Source: Candidatus Sericytochromatia bacterium (GTDB lineage: Bacteria; Cyanobacteriota; Sericytochromatia; S15B-MN24; UBA4093). Taken from it: a stretch of 64,000 bases of DNA. Below the pieces are notes generated by a model. The model was not told where the DNA came from, did not search any database, and saw only the letters and a list, made by a program, of their open reading frames with translations. Both the position numbers and the translations under genes were made by a program. Positions 38,410 through 48,131 of this stretch are shown piece by piece. Each line of letters starts with the position of its first letter. Position 1 is the stretch's first letter. Location of the stretch: the NCBI GenBank assembly GCA_036676985.1, contig JAKFBU010000067.1, positions 15,706-79,705 of the forward strand, given 5' to 3'.

Positions 38410-39881
38410 ATCACGAACTCCAGGGCGGCCTTGGGCCGCGCGTCGAACTCTTCCTTGTAGCGGGCCATGTCGGGACGACCGAGATTCCCGAACATGAACT
38501 TCTTGTACTCCTCGACGCCCGGCTGATCGAGCGGGTTGATGCCCATCAGGTAGCCCTCGGCGAGGGTCGCGAGCTCGAACATGTAGAGGAGCTGACCCAG
38601 GGTGAAGGCGTTGAGCTGGGGGATGAGCACGTTCATGCTCGGCCGGCCGGCCTTGGCGTAGGCGTAGGCCGTCCCCTGGGCGGCGCCAATCACCATGTCC
38701 GAGAGGTGCTTGTCGGCCACGTAGTTCAGGCCGTCCTCGTCCGCTTCGAGGCGAGGCACCACCACGTCGTAGTCGGGCGACTGGAGGAGCAGGTTGGTGA
38801 CGACGGTGTTGCGCAGCCCCTCCTGGATCTCCTGGCCGCGCGAGTGCAGGTCCCGGGTGTTGACCGTCGAGATGGGGATGCGCCCCTGCTCGTCCTTGCC
38901 CAGGCTCTCGGCGCACAGCTGGTCGTACCAGAAGGTGAAGTACTCGAGCCGCTTGGTCCACGCGGCCATGATCGAGATGGGCCGGCGGGCCTTGTAGGAG
39001 AGGTACTGTAGGGCCGCGTAGGTGTAGGCGATGTTCGCGTGCAGGTCGGGATTCTTGCAGCGATCGGCCATGTAGCGGGCACCGGCGACCAGCGCCCGGA
39101 TGTCGACGCCCGACACCGCGGCGGGCAGGAGGCCGACGGCGGTCAGCACCGAGAAGCGGCCGCCCACGTCGTCGGGAATGGGGAAGGTCTGGTAGCCTTC
39201 GGCGTCCGCGATGGCCTTGAGCTTGCCCTTCTTGGCGTCGGTGGTGGCGATGAGGTACTCGGCGTGGTTCTCGCCGTAGACCTGCTCGAGGCGCTGCTTG
39301 AAGAAGCGGAAGGCGACGGCCGTCTCGAGGGTGGTTCCGGACTTGGAGATGACGTTGACCGTGAAGGCGTCGTCGACGGACTCCGGCGTGCTGGTGGGCA
39401 GCAGGTTCATGAGGGCGTGCATGGTGTCGGGGTCGACGGCGTTGCCCTCGTAGTAGATCTTGGGGCGGCCGTTGCGCTGGGCCCGGGTCAGCTCGCTGCG
39501 GTAGGGGTTCTTGAGCGCCTCGATGACGGCCCGAGCGCCGAGGTAGGACCCGCCGATGCCGAGCACCACGTGGCGATCGCCCAGCGCCGCCAGGCGATCG
39601 GCCGCGTCGACGATGGCGTCGAGCTCGTCCGCGCTCTGATAGGGCAGATCAAGGAAGCCGAGGAAGTCGTTGCCCCGCCCCGTCCGCTCGGTGATCTGCC
39701 GATGCACGTCCAACATGCGGTGCTGCATGCCCCAGACGTCCTCGGCCTTGAGGCCTTCCGCCGATCCGAGCGCGGCGTCGAGCATGTTGTTGAAGTCCAG
39801 CTTGAGCGACATGCTGCGCTGCCAGGCGGGATCCAAGTAGTACGAGGCGTTCTCAGAGGCGGTCGAGGTTGAATTCTGCAT
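38406..39881 (-). CDS. pgi: Glucose-6-phosphate isomerase
   Basis: GIGGSYLG, VISKSGTTLE, DVGGRFSVL, AESLGK, DLHSRGQ, DQPGVEEYK. Confidence 0.96.
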   Translation of the reverse strand: MQNSTSTASENASYYLDPAWQRSMSLKLDFNNMLDAALGSAEGLKAEDVWGMQHRMLDVHRQITERTGRGNDFLGFLDLPYQSADELDAIVDAADRLAALGDRHVVLGIGGSYLGARAVIEALKNPYRSELTRAQRNGRPKIYYEGNAVDPDTMHALMNLLPTSTPESVDDAFTVNVISKSGTTLETAVAFRFFKQRLEQVYGENHAEYLIATTDAKKGKLKAIADAEGYQTFPIPDDVGGRFSVLTAVGLLPAAVSGVDIRALVAGARYMADRCKNPDLHANIAYTYAALQYLSYKARRPISIMAAWTKRLEYFTFWYDQLCAESLGKDEQGRIPISTVNTRDLHSRGQEIQEGLRNTVVTNLLLQSPDYDVVVPRLEADEDGLNYVADKHLSDMVIGAAQGTAYAYAKAGRPSMNVLIPQLNAFTLGQLLYMFELATLAEGYLMGINPLDQPGVEEYKKFMFGNLGRPDMARYKEEFDARPKAALEFVI

Positions 39882-40051
39882 GAACGGGGCCTTTCTGAAT
39901 GAGACGCACGGTTGCGTTCTGAAAGCAGTTGGCTTACAGTTTTGGACTTGTCTAGACATGGGCGCGACGAGGGGCCCCGTCTTTCGTACGGATCATAGCT
40001 AACGGACCGCTCGGATGGCAAACGGTCGGTCCCCGGAGGACATTTTTCACC

Positions 40052-41137
40052 ATGACCAAGCGCATCGCAATCTCGACCGGCGGTGGGGATGCCCCTGGCC
40101 TCAACGCCGTCATCCGGGCCGTCACCAAGATGGCCATCTCCGAGTACGGCTGGGAGGTGGTGGGCATCCGGGACGGCTTCGACGGCCTCCTCAAGCCCGA
40201 CCTCATCATGCCCCTCGGTCTGGACGACATCCGCGGCATCATCGCCCGGGGCGGGACCATCCTGGGCACCACCAACCGCGGCAACCCCTTCAAGTACCCG
40301 GTCCTCGAGAACGGCCAGACCGTCCTCAAGGACGTGTCGGACGACGTCATGCGGCGCTACCATGACCTGGGCCTCGACGCCTTGGTCCTCATCGGCGGCG
40401 ATGGCACGCTCGGCATCGGCCACCAGCTCGCCCAGAAGGGCATGAACGTGGTCGGCGTCCCCAAGACCATCGACAATGACCTGGATTCGACGGACATCAC
40501 CTTCGGCTTCGACACGGCGCTCATCACGGCCACCGAGGCCATCGACAAGCTCCTGACCACGGCCGAGAGCCATCACCGGGTCATGGTGCTCGAGGTCATG
40601 GGCCGGACCGCCGGCTGGATCGCCCTCGAGGCGGGCATCGCGGGCGCGGTCAACGTGATCCTCCTCCCGGAGATCCCCTTCGACATGGAGAAGGTGGCCC
40701 ATGTCGTCTACGAGCGCTCGGAGGCGGGCAAGAGCTACTCCATCGTGGTGGTCGCCGAAGGTGCCGCCCCCTCGGGTGGCGAGGCCATGTACGCGGACTT
40801 CGATCCCTCCAAGGGCGTGGCGCGTCTGGGCGGCGTGGGCAACTGGGTCGGCAGCGAGATCGCCCGCCGCACCGGCCTCGAGACCCGCGTGACGGTGCTC
40901 GGCCACCTGCAGCGCGGCGGCACGCCGTCGCCCTTCGACCGGATCCTGGGGACGCGCCTCGGCGTGGCCGCGGCGCGGTGCATCCACGAGGGCAAGTTCG
41001 ACCGGATGGTCTGCTTCCGCAACTGGCAGGTGACGTCGGTGCCGATGGAAGAGGCGCTCGATCGGCTGAAGCTGGTCGATCCCAACGGGGAGCTCGTCCT
41101 CACCGCCAAGGACACGGGCGTTTACTTCGGGGACTAA
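40052..41137 (+). CDS. pfkA: 6-phosphofructokinase (group III type, probably ATP-dependent)
   Basis: TGGGDAPGLNA, IGGDGT, PKTIDND, EVMGR, LGHLQRGG. Confidence 0.95.
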   Translation: MTKRIAISTGGGDAPGLNAVIRAVTKMAISEYGWEVVGIRDGFDGLLKPDLIMPLGLDDIRGIIARGGTILGTTNRGNPFKYPVLENGQTVLKDVSDDVMRRYHDLGLDALVLIGGDGTLGIGHQLAQKGMNVVGVPKTIDNDLDSTDITFGFDTALITATEAIDKLLTTAESHHRVMVLEVMGRTAGWIALEAGIAGAVNVILLPEIPFDMEKVAHVVYERSEAGKSYSIVVVAEGAAPSGGEAMYADFDPSKGVARLGGVGNWVGSEIARRTGLETRVTVLGHLQRGGTPSPFDRILGTRLGVAAARCIHEGKFDRMVCFRNWQVTSVPMEEALDRLKLVDPNGELVLTAKDTGVYFGD

Positions 41138-41649
41138 TCCGTTCCTCGCAAAGCGCCCTCGCCTTCGATCGTCGCCCTAGAGTGACGCAGGATGGCGAGG
41201 GCTTCTTGCTTCTTGTCGTGCGGCGGGTTCAGCATGAGGATGTAGTGCCGGTGCGTCAGACGTCGCCGGCTGGGCCGGAACTCCGCGGCGACGGCCCCCA
41301 CCATGGCGCCCAGGATGGCGCCCGTGAGCAGCCAGCTCGTGACCACGCAGAGCTGTACCAGCCACTCGAGCCACGAGACGTGCATGGTGGTCGGCAAGGG
41401 CCACCAGACCAGGGCCGCGCCGAAGCCGAGCCCCAACAGGCCGCCCCCGATCTGCCCCCCCGTGATGAGCCGCTCGGCGCAGGCGTCCCTGGCACGGGCC
41501 TGCTCCTCCTGGCACGCCGGGCAGTCCTCGTTGACGACCAGCGAGATGTGCTCGTCGTCCAGACCCTCCTCGCGAAGGCGCTTGTAGGCGCGTTCGGCAG
41601 CCTCGATCTCCGTGAAGGCCCCCGCGTAGCCAGACGATTCGGCGAACAT
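41134..41649 (-). CDS. General-stress-protein-like membrane protein
   Basis: GAF..IEAAERAYKRLREEGLDDEHISLV N-terminus, two Gly-zipper TM segments; GGAGG RBS. Confidence 0.65.
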   Translation of the reverse strand: MFAESSGYAGAFTEIEAAERAYKRLREEGLDDEHISLVVNEDCPACQEEQARARDACAERLITGGQIGGGLLGLGFGAALVWWPLPTTMHVSWLEWLVQLCVVTSWLLTGAILGAMVGAVAAEFRPSRRRLTHRHYILMLNPPHDKKQEALAILRHSRATIEGEGALRGTD

Positions 41650-41799
41650 CGGCATCCTCCATGAGTGCGTGTGGGTCTGGTGTAGCACACGGCGACGCGG
41701 CGGCACAACGAATGCTCTGCCCATCGAGGCAGCATTGGGCGTGGTAAACTGGGGCCACTGGGGGCAAGCAGCGCCCCGGCCCCCCTCTCGAGAGTCGCG

Positions 41800-43032
41800 A
41801 TGATACCCGTCGAACAAGCCATCCAGACCATCCTCGCCACCGTCCATCCGCTCGAACCCGTTTCCGTCCCGCTGCACGAGGCCCTCGGCCGTGTGCTCGC
41901 CGAGGACGTGGCCGCCCTGGACGACCTGCCGCCCTTCGACAACTCGGCCATGGACGGCTTCGCCGTCCGCGTGGCGGACCTTGAGGGGGCGAGCGCCGAG
42001 CGTCCCGTGGAGCTTGCGATCGCCTCCGAGGTCGCCGCGGGCACGCCCGCCGAGCAGGCCGTCCCCGCAGGAGCCGCCGTCCGGATCATGACGGGCGCGC
42101 CCACCCCGCCTGGCGCCGAGGCCGTGGTGCGGGTCGAGGACACCGAGGCTGCGGGCGATCGCGTCCGCATCAAGGTCACGGCCCCGGTGGGCGACAACAT
42201 CCGCCTGGCGGGCGAGGACGTGACCCGCGGCCAGCAGGTTCTCTCGGCGGGCATGGTCCTCAACCCGGCCCGGATCCAGATGGCCGCGGCCGTCGGTCGA
42301 TCCGAGCTCCGGGTCACCCGGCCCGTGCGGGTGGGCATCCTCGCGACGGGCGACGAGCTCGTGGACCCGGGCGCACCCCTGGCACCCGGGCAGATTCGCA
42401 ACAGCAACGCCTACGGGCTCTACGCCCAGGTGCTCGCGGCGGGGGCCATCCCCGTTCCCCTGGGGGTCGCGAGGGACACCCGGCAGGACACCGAGGCCAA
42501 GCTCAAGGCCGGCCTCGAGCAGGCCGACGTGGTCGTCTCCTCGGGCGGGGTCTCCATGGGCGAGTACGATTACGTGGCCGCCGTCCTCAAGGAGCTCGGC
42601 ACGGTCCACTTCACGGCGATCGCCCAGCAGCCCGGCAAGCCGCTCACCTACGCGACCGTCTCGGGCAAGCCCTTCTTCGGGCTGCCGGGCAACCCGGTCT
42701 CGACCATGGTCTCGTTCGAGCAGTACGTGCGCCCCGCCCTGCGCCGCATGATGGGCCACCGCGCCCTCTTTCGCCCGCAGGTCACGGCCGTCCTCACCGA
42801 GGGGCTCCGCAGCCCCGCGGGCAAGGTGTCGTTCTTGCGCGCCGTGGTCGCCCGCCGGGCGGACGGGTTCGCGGCGGCCCTCACGGGCCCCCAGGGCTCC
42901 GGCATGATCCACTCGATGGTCGCGGCCAACGCGCTCCTCGTGATCCCCGCCGAGACCCGGCGCATGGAGGCCGGCGAGACGGTGACGGCCCTGCTCATCG
43001 AGCAGCCGGAGGAAGCCCATGACGGAGTTTAG
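41800..43032 (+). CDS. moeA: Molybdopterin molybdenumtransferase
   Basis: [39 protein letters not shown]. Confidence 0.96.
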   Translation: MIPVEQAIQTILATVHPLEPVSVPLHEALGRVLAEDVAALDDLPPFDNSAMDGFAVRVADLEGASAERPVELAIASEVAAGTPAEQAVPAGAAVRIMTGAPTPPGAEAVVRVEDTEAAGDRVRIKVTAPVGDNIRLAGEDVTRGQQVLSAGMVLNPARIQMAAAVGRSELRVTRPVRVGILATGDELVDPGAPLAPGQIRNSNAYGLYAQVLAAGAIPVPLGVARDTRQDTEAKLKAGLEQADVVVSSGGVSMGEYDYVAAVLKELGTVHFTAIAQQPGKPLTYATVSGKPFFGLPGNPVSTMVSFEQYVRPALRRMMGHRALFRPQVTAVLTEGLRSPAGKVSFLRAVVARRADGFAAALTGPQGSGMIHSMVAANALLVIPAETRRMEAGETVTALLIEQPEEAHDGV

Positions 43033-43495
43033 CCACTTCGACGAGTCGGGCCGCGCGCGCATGGTGGACGTGTCCGAGAAGACCGAGACCGTCCGCGAGG
43101 CCCGGGCCCGGGCGGTCGTGACCATGCGCCCCGAGACCCTCGCGATGATCCGCGAGGGCCGCCACGCCAAGGGTGACGTGCTCGCCGTGGCCCAGGTCGC
43201 GGGCATCATGGGGGCGAAGAAGACGTCGGATCTCATTCCCATGTGCCATCCTTTGCTGCTCGAAAGCGTGAAATTGGCCTTCGATTACGGTACACAACAC
43301 TTGGAGATCGTGGCCACGGCTCGCCTGACGGGCAAGACGGGGGTCGAGATGGAAGCGTTGACGGCCGCCACGGTGGCGGCGCTGACCGTGTACGACATGT
43401 GCAAGGCCGTCGACAAGGACATGGTGATCGGCGACATCTGCCTGCTCTCGAAGACGGGCGGGAAGAGCGGTCCCTACGAACGGCAGGACGGGTAG
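43019..43495 (+). CDS. moaC: Cyclic pyranopterin monophosphate synthase
   Basis: [42 protein letters not shown]. Confidence 0.97.
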   Translation: MTEFSHFDESGRARMVDVSEKTETVREARARAVVTMRPETLAMIREGRHAKGDVLAVAQVAGIMGAKKTSDLIPMCHPLLLESVKLAFDYGTQHLEIVATARLTGKTGVEMEALTAATVAALTVYDMCKAVDKDMVIGDICLLSKTGGKSGPYERQDG

Positions 43496-43498
43496 ACG

Positions 43499-44008
43499 AT
43501 GGCCTATGCGGTCGGGATTCTGACCTTGAGCGACCAGGGCGCGAAGGGCGAACGCGAGGACAGGAGCGGTCAGGTGATCCGCGAGCTGCTAGCGTCGGAC
43601 GCCTTTACCGTCGTGCGCGCCGAGATCCTGCCCGACGATCGCGCGACCATCGAGTCGACCCTGCGGTCGTGGGCGGACGAGGGCCTGGCGCTCGTCGTCA
43701 CCACGGGCGGCACGGGCCTCGGCCCCCGGGACGTCACGCCCGAGGCCACCCGCGCGGTCGTCGAGTACGAGGTGCCCGGCATGGCCGAGGCCATGCGGGC
43801 CGCGGGGATGCAGAAGACGCCCATGGCCATGCTGAGCCGCGGGGTGGCGGGCGTGAGGGGCGGCACCCTCATCGTGAACCTGCCCGGCAGCCCCAAGGGC
43901 GTCAAGGAGAACCTGGAGGCCATCCTGACGGCACTGCCTCACGCGCTCGACATCCTGCGCGGCCGGGTGACGGACCATGCCCGCGTGCCGGGCTTCGAGA
44001 CGCCATGA
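43499..44008 (+). CDS. mog: Molybdopterin adenylyltransferase (MogA/MoaB family)
   Basis: LSD, REDRSG, TTGGTGLGPRDVTPEAT, LSRG, NLPGSP. Confidence 0.92.
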   Translation: MAYAVGILTLSDQGAKGEREDRSGQVIRELLASDAFTVVRAEILPDDRATIESTLRSWADEGLALVVTTGGTGLGPRDVTPEATRAVVEYEVPGMAEAMRAAGMQKTPMAMLSRGVAGVRGGTLIVNLPGSPKGVKENLEAILTALPHALDILRGRVTDHARVPGFETP

Positions 44009-47000
44009 CCACCTTTCCCCTCATCAAGCGCAAGCTCAAGGCTCCTGCGGTGCCCGACACCTTCGTCCGGCGCCCGGGCCTCGTCGAGCGTCTGACGGAG
44101 GGACTCGATCCCCGCAAGAAGCTCACCTTCGTCTGTGCGGGACCGGGCTACGGCAAGAGCACCACGGTGGCGGACTACGTCAAGGGCACGGGGGCCCGTC
44201 ACTGCTGGATCAACCTGGAGCCCTTCGACGCGGACCTCACATCCTTCCTGCACTACCTGATCGGCGGGGCCACTGCCGCCTGGCCCGAGGCCACGAGCCC
44301 GGCCCGCGAGCTGCTGTCCGCCACCGCCAACCCGGAGGCCATCGTCCCGAACCTCATGGGCCTCTTTGCCGAGGAGCTGGGCGATCGCGGCGAGGAGCCC
44401 TTCGTGCTCGTCCTGGACGACTTCCATGCGGTCCAGGACTCCGAGCCCGTGGTCAAGGCGCTGGAGGCGTTCGTCGGCTATCAGCCGGAGAACGTGCAGC
44501 TCGTCGTCATCTCGCGCAGCCAGGTGCCCCTGCGCCTGCCCCAGATGAAGGTCCGGCAGCAGCTCGTGGAGCTCGGCATCCCCGAGCTGCGCTTCAACCC
44601 GCCCGAGGTGGGGGACCTGATCCGCTCGGTTTCGGGCCGCGAGCTCGCACCGTCCGAGGCAGAGGCCCTCTTCGCCTCGACGGAGGGCTGGGCCGCGAGT
44701 CTCATCCTCGCTGCGCAGCAGGAGGGCCAGCTCGCGCTGCCCCTGGAGGGCGCGCCGTCCCTCTTCGACTACCTGGCCCAGGAGGTCTTCTCGGACCTGC
44801 CCGAGGAGCGCCAGGAGTTCCTCTTGCGCACGTCGCTCTTGCCCACGGTCGATCCCGAGGTCTGTGAGGCGGTGCTCGGCTTGCCGCAGAGCGAAGCCAC
44901 GATCCAGGTCTTGCGCCGCTCTAACCTGCTCTTGAGCCGGGGTGAGGCGAGCGAGAGCTATTACCATCCTATCTTTCAGGCCTTCCTCCACGCCAAGCTT
45001 CAGGAGCACCTGAGCCAGGAGGATGAGCGGGCCTTGCGCGCGCGCATCGGCGCCCACCTGCGCTCGGAGCATCCGGAAGACGCGCTTTCGGTCTATCTGG
45101 ACGGCAAGCTCCACGCCGAGGCCGCCGAGGTGGTGGCGGAGCTGGCCCCCCACTACATCGCGCAGTTCCGCCTGGAGGCCCTGGATCGGATCCTCCGGCG
45201 TTTCCCGCCCGAGGTGCTCGAGGCCTCGCCCTGGCTCCTGCTGCACGCGGGCGACGTGCAGCGGCTCTGGGGGCAGTCCGACGCGGCCCTGACCCGCTTC
45301 GAGCGCGCCGAGTCGCTCGCCCGCGAAGCGAAGGACAAGGCAGCGGAGGGCCGAGCACTCGCCTATCAGGCGGCGGTCTGGGGCAGCCGCGGGGACGCCC
45401 GGCTCAAGGAGCTCTCCGAGCGGGCGCTCGAGGTCCTGCCCGAGGGCGAGCTCGCCGGGCGGGCCTTCGCCTGGAACGCCCTCGGCATGTCCTTCCAGAT
45501 GGCGAACGACGTCAAGGCGGCGCTCGCCGCCTTCGAGCAGGCCTTGGACTTCTACCGCCAGGCCGAGGATCCCATCGGCCAGAGCAAGATTCTCCACAAC
45601 ATGGGCCTCGCCTATACGCGCCTGGGTGACTTCGCCCGGGCGTCGGCCACCTACCGCGAGTCCATCCGGCAGGCCGAGATGGCCGGCCGCCGCGCGTATC
45701 CGGCCACCTATAACAACCTCGCGGCCATCCATCACTCCCTGGGCGAGTTCCAGGAGGGGTGGTCGGCGGCCGAGCAGGGCCTCACGCTCGCGCAGCAGCT
45801 GGGGGCGCGCCGGGACGAGCTCTGGACCATCCTGACGCTCGGCATGATGGCAAGCGCTCTCGGTCAGCAGGCCAAGGCGGACGATCTCTTCCAGCGCGCA
45901 CGGGAGGGCGCCGTCTCCATGGGCGATCGCCCGCTGGAGGCGCAGGCCCTGAGCGGCCTTTCGGAACTCGCGCGCCTGCAGGGGCGCCTGGACCGGGCCC
46001 TGGAACTGTTGAATCAGGCGATCGCCCTGCGCGGCATGCCCATCGAGGCCCCGGGCATGGTGGATCTGCAGATCCCCATGGGCCAGCTGTCCCTCGAGCG
46101 GGGCGAATGGGATCGGGCCCTCGAGGTGCTCGGGCTCGCCCGCAAGACGCTCGAGGCCCAGGGCCTCCGCTACCGGCTCGCCCAGGTCCTCTTCTACGAG
46201 GCGCGCGCTCTCCGGGCCAAGGGGGACGGACTCCACGCCGAGCGGCTGCAAGAGGCCCGGACCCTCTGCACGGCGAACGGCTACGCGTATTTGCTCGCCC
46301 AGGAGCCCGAGCCTACGCCCGATGCCCCGCCGGCCGACGCGCCGGAGGTCGTGAAGGTGGTGCCCGTCGCCACGGAGCCCGGCCTCAGCATCCGCTGCTT
46401 CGGGACCTTCGAGGCCGCCACCGACGGGGGCGCGATCGCCACCAAGCAGTGGCAGGGCACCAAGACCAAGCTCGTGCTCGCGTTCCTCCTGCACCATCGG
46501 CAGGGCGTCACGCGCGAGCAGCTGGCCCAGCTCCTCTACGGCGACGAGGACGTCTCGCGTTCGGCGATCCTCATGATCATCAGTCGCCTGCGCCAGGCCC
46601 TGGAGCCGGACCTCGCGAAGAACGCCCCGTCACGCTTCATCCAGTGGCGGGACGGCAGGTACTTCTTCAACTTCGGCGCACCCTACCGCCTGGACGTTCA
46701 GGAGTTCGAGTTCCACCTCGAGCAGGCCAAGGCCGACGGGCTCTCCGCCGTTCAGCAGATCGAGGAGCTGTCCCGGGCGCTGGGTCTGTATCGTGGCCGC
46801 TACCTCAAGGACATGGACGAGAGCCTCTGGGTGCAGTCGGTCCAGGAGCACTTCCACCAGCGGGCACTCGCGGCCTTCCAGCGCGTGATCGCCTTCCACG
46901 CGGAAAAGGGAGATCACCAGCAGGCCATGGACTGGGCCGACCGGACGATCGCCGTGGACAGTTGCGCCGAGTTCGCCCACCAGGCGAAGATGCGGGCCTT

Positions 47001-47136
47001 GCACCAGCTCGGCAACCGGCAGGGCGCCATCCGGCACTTCCAGCAGCTCGAAGAGCTCCTGCAGCAGGAGCTGGGCGTCGATCCGGCTCCCGATAGCCGC
47101 CGACTCTACGAGCAGATTGTCTCCGGAAAAGTTTGA
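44005..47136 (+). CDS. MalT-like STAND ATPase-TPR regulator with C-terminal winged-helix and BTAD domains
   Basis: AGPGYGKST, VLVLDDFH, TEGWAA, LFDYLAQEV, YHPIFQ; TPRs; IRCFGTF..., ISRLRQALEP, LDVQEF, LYRGRYL, ELGVDP; ATGA overlap with mog. Confidence 0.9.
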   Translation: MTTFPLIKRKLKAPAVPDTFVRRPGLVERLTEGLDPRKKLTFVCAGPGYGKSTTVADYVKGTGARHCWINLEPFDADLTSFLHYLIGGATAAWPEATSPARELLSATANPEAIVPNLMGLFAEELGDRGEEPFVLVLDDFHAVQDSEPVVKALEAFVGYQPENVQLVVISRSQVPLRLPQMKVRQQLVELGIPELRFNPPEVGDLIRSVSGRELAPSEAEALFASTEGWAASLILAAQQEGQLALPLEGAPSLFDYLAQEVFSDLPEERQEFLLRTSLLPTVDPEVCEAVLGLPQSEATIQVLRRSNLLLSRGEASESYYHPIFQAFLHAKLQEHLSQEDERALRARIGAHLRSEHPEDALSVYLDGKLHAEAAEVVAELAPHYIAQFRLEALDRILRRFPPEVLEASPWLLLHAGDVQRLWGQSDAALTRFERAESLAREAKDKAAEGRALAYQAAVWGSRGDARLKELSERALEVLPEGELAGRAFAWNALGMSFQMANDVKAALAAFEQALDFYRQAEDPIGQSKILHNMGLAYTRLGDFARASATYRESIRQAEMAGRRAYPATYNNLAAIHHSLGEFQEGWSAAEQGLTLAQQLGARRDELWTILTLGMMASALGQQAKADDLFQRAREGAVSMGDRPLEAQALSGLSELARLQGRLDRALELLNQAIALRGMPIEAPGMVDLQIPMGQLSLERGEWDRALEVLGLARKTLEAQGLRYRLAQVLFYEARALRAKGDGLHAERLQEARTLCTANGYAYLLAQEPEPTPDAPPADAPEVVKVVPVATEPGLSIRCFGTFEAATDGGAIATKQWQGTKTKLVLAFLLHHRQGVTREQLAQLLYGDEDVSRSAILMIISRLRQALEPDLAKNAPSRFIQWRDGRYFFNFGAPYRLDVQEFEFHLEQAKADGLSAVQQIEELSRALGLYRGRYLKDMDESLWVQSVQEHFHQRALAAFQRVIAFHAEKGDHQQAMDWADRTIAVDSCAEFAHQAKMRALHQLGNRQGAIRHFQQLEELLQQELGVDPAPDSRRLYEQIVSGKV

Positions 47137-47150
47137 GCCACGATTTTTCG

Positions 47151-47197
47151 CACGTGACCGGCATGTGATCGCCCATGTTAGCGGGCGCCACTAACAT
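47151..47197 (+). promoter_or_regulatory. Phased heptamer direct repeats and palindrome upstream of a lipoprotein operon
   Basis: CACGTGA (47151), CATGTGA (47162), CATGTTA (47174); ATGTTAG-N9-CTAACAT inverted repeat at 47175-47197 containing a TAACAT -10-like hexamer. Confidence 0.55.
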
Positions 47198-47236
47198 CCT
47201 CCTTGTCAAGGCCACACGACCCGACAGGAGGACCCC

Positions 47237-48103
47237 ATGCGTTACGCCCGCCTTGCTCTTGCGCTCATCGCTTCGTCCATCGCCGTCTCCCCGCTGACGG
47301 GCTGTGTCATCTCCGATCGGAGCATCTACGTCGGCGAGCCCATGACGGGCCATGCCGGTACCACGACCCGCGCCTCGGGCCAGGTCTTCGAGATGACCGG
47401 GTCCAGCCTCTTCGATGCCCAGCACGCCGTCAACCGCTATCTCACCCTGCACTACCCCACGGCCGACCTGGTCCGCATCAACGCCTTGATGGTCGGCACC
47501 AACGCCAAGATCGCCAAGACGAGCGCGTGGGAGTTCACCTACCGCGTGAAGATCCAGACGGCCGACCCCGCGCCCTCGGCCACGCCGGTGCCCACCCCGA
47601 GCGCGAGCCCGAGCTTCGGTCTCCAGGCCGTCACCATCCCCACCACCTACCAGTATCGCCTGCTCACGTTCGTCTACACCGGCGCCGGCCAGCTCTTGGC
47701 CCCCGAAGAGGTGGACGACACGGGCGACACGCTCGCCAAGATCGACTTCAACCGTGCGATCCAGCTGAGCAAGGCCATCGACACGGCCCTCGATATCGGC
47801 ATGGGCGTCGGCGACCCCGGCATGCAGGTGACGCTCCGGACCACCGTGAACGGCGGAGCCGTCTACGAGATCGACTCCAGCGTCGGCACCCGCCAGATCC
47901 TCGGCTACTACGACTACCCGAGCCGCGGCTCGTCGTACGATCGCTGGGATGACGACAGCTACGACGAGGACGATTACTACTACTACCCCACGCCCGCTCC
48001 CAAGCCGACGGCCACTCCGACTGCCAAAACCGCGTATGTTCGGGGTAAATACTTGATCGATGCCTACACCGGAGCCATACTTGAGCGGCCGAACAGGCTC
48101 TAG
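47237..48103 (+). CDS. Lipoprotein with PepSY-like C-terminus and Asp/Tyr-rich insert
   Basis: AGGAGG RBS; lipobox LTGC; SKAIDTAL...AVYEI...YLIDAYTGAIL. Confidence 0.75.
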   Translation: MRYARLALALIASSIAVSPLTGCVISDRSIYVGEPMTGHAGTTTRASGQVFEMTGSSLFDAQHAVNRYLTLHYPTADLVRINALMVGTNAKIAKTSAWEFTYRVKIQTADPAPSATPVPTPSASPSFGLQAVTIPTTYQYRLLTFVYTGAGQLLAPEEVDDTGDTLAKIDFNRAIQLSKAIDTALDIGMGVGDPGMQVTLRTTVNGGAVYEIDSSVGTRQILGYYDYPSRGSSYDRWDDDSYDEDDYYYYPTPAPKPTATPTAKTAYVRGKYLIDAYTGAILERPNRL

Positions 48104-48131
48104 GTCCGTTCCGCCGAGAGGGGGTGACGAG

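Noticed and set aside
40052-41137. PPi-dependent phosphofructokinase
   Set aside because: Has GGDG rather than GGDD at the phosphoryl-donor position
41650-43242. Long minus-strand 702-aa ORF and similar long antisense ORFs (e.g. 12052-13974, 13631-15820, 28071-30506, 43939-46497)
   Set aside because: Shadow frames of high-GC genes with no recognisable motifs; only the last 171 aa of the 702-aa ORF look real
43243-44004. N-terminal extension making a 1297-aa ORF
   Set aside because: Overlaps moaC and mog in another frame; the real protein starts at ATG 44005
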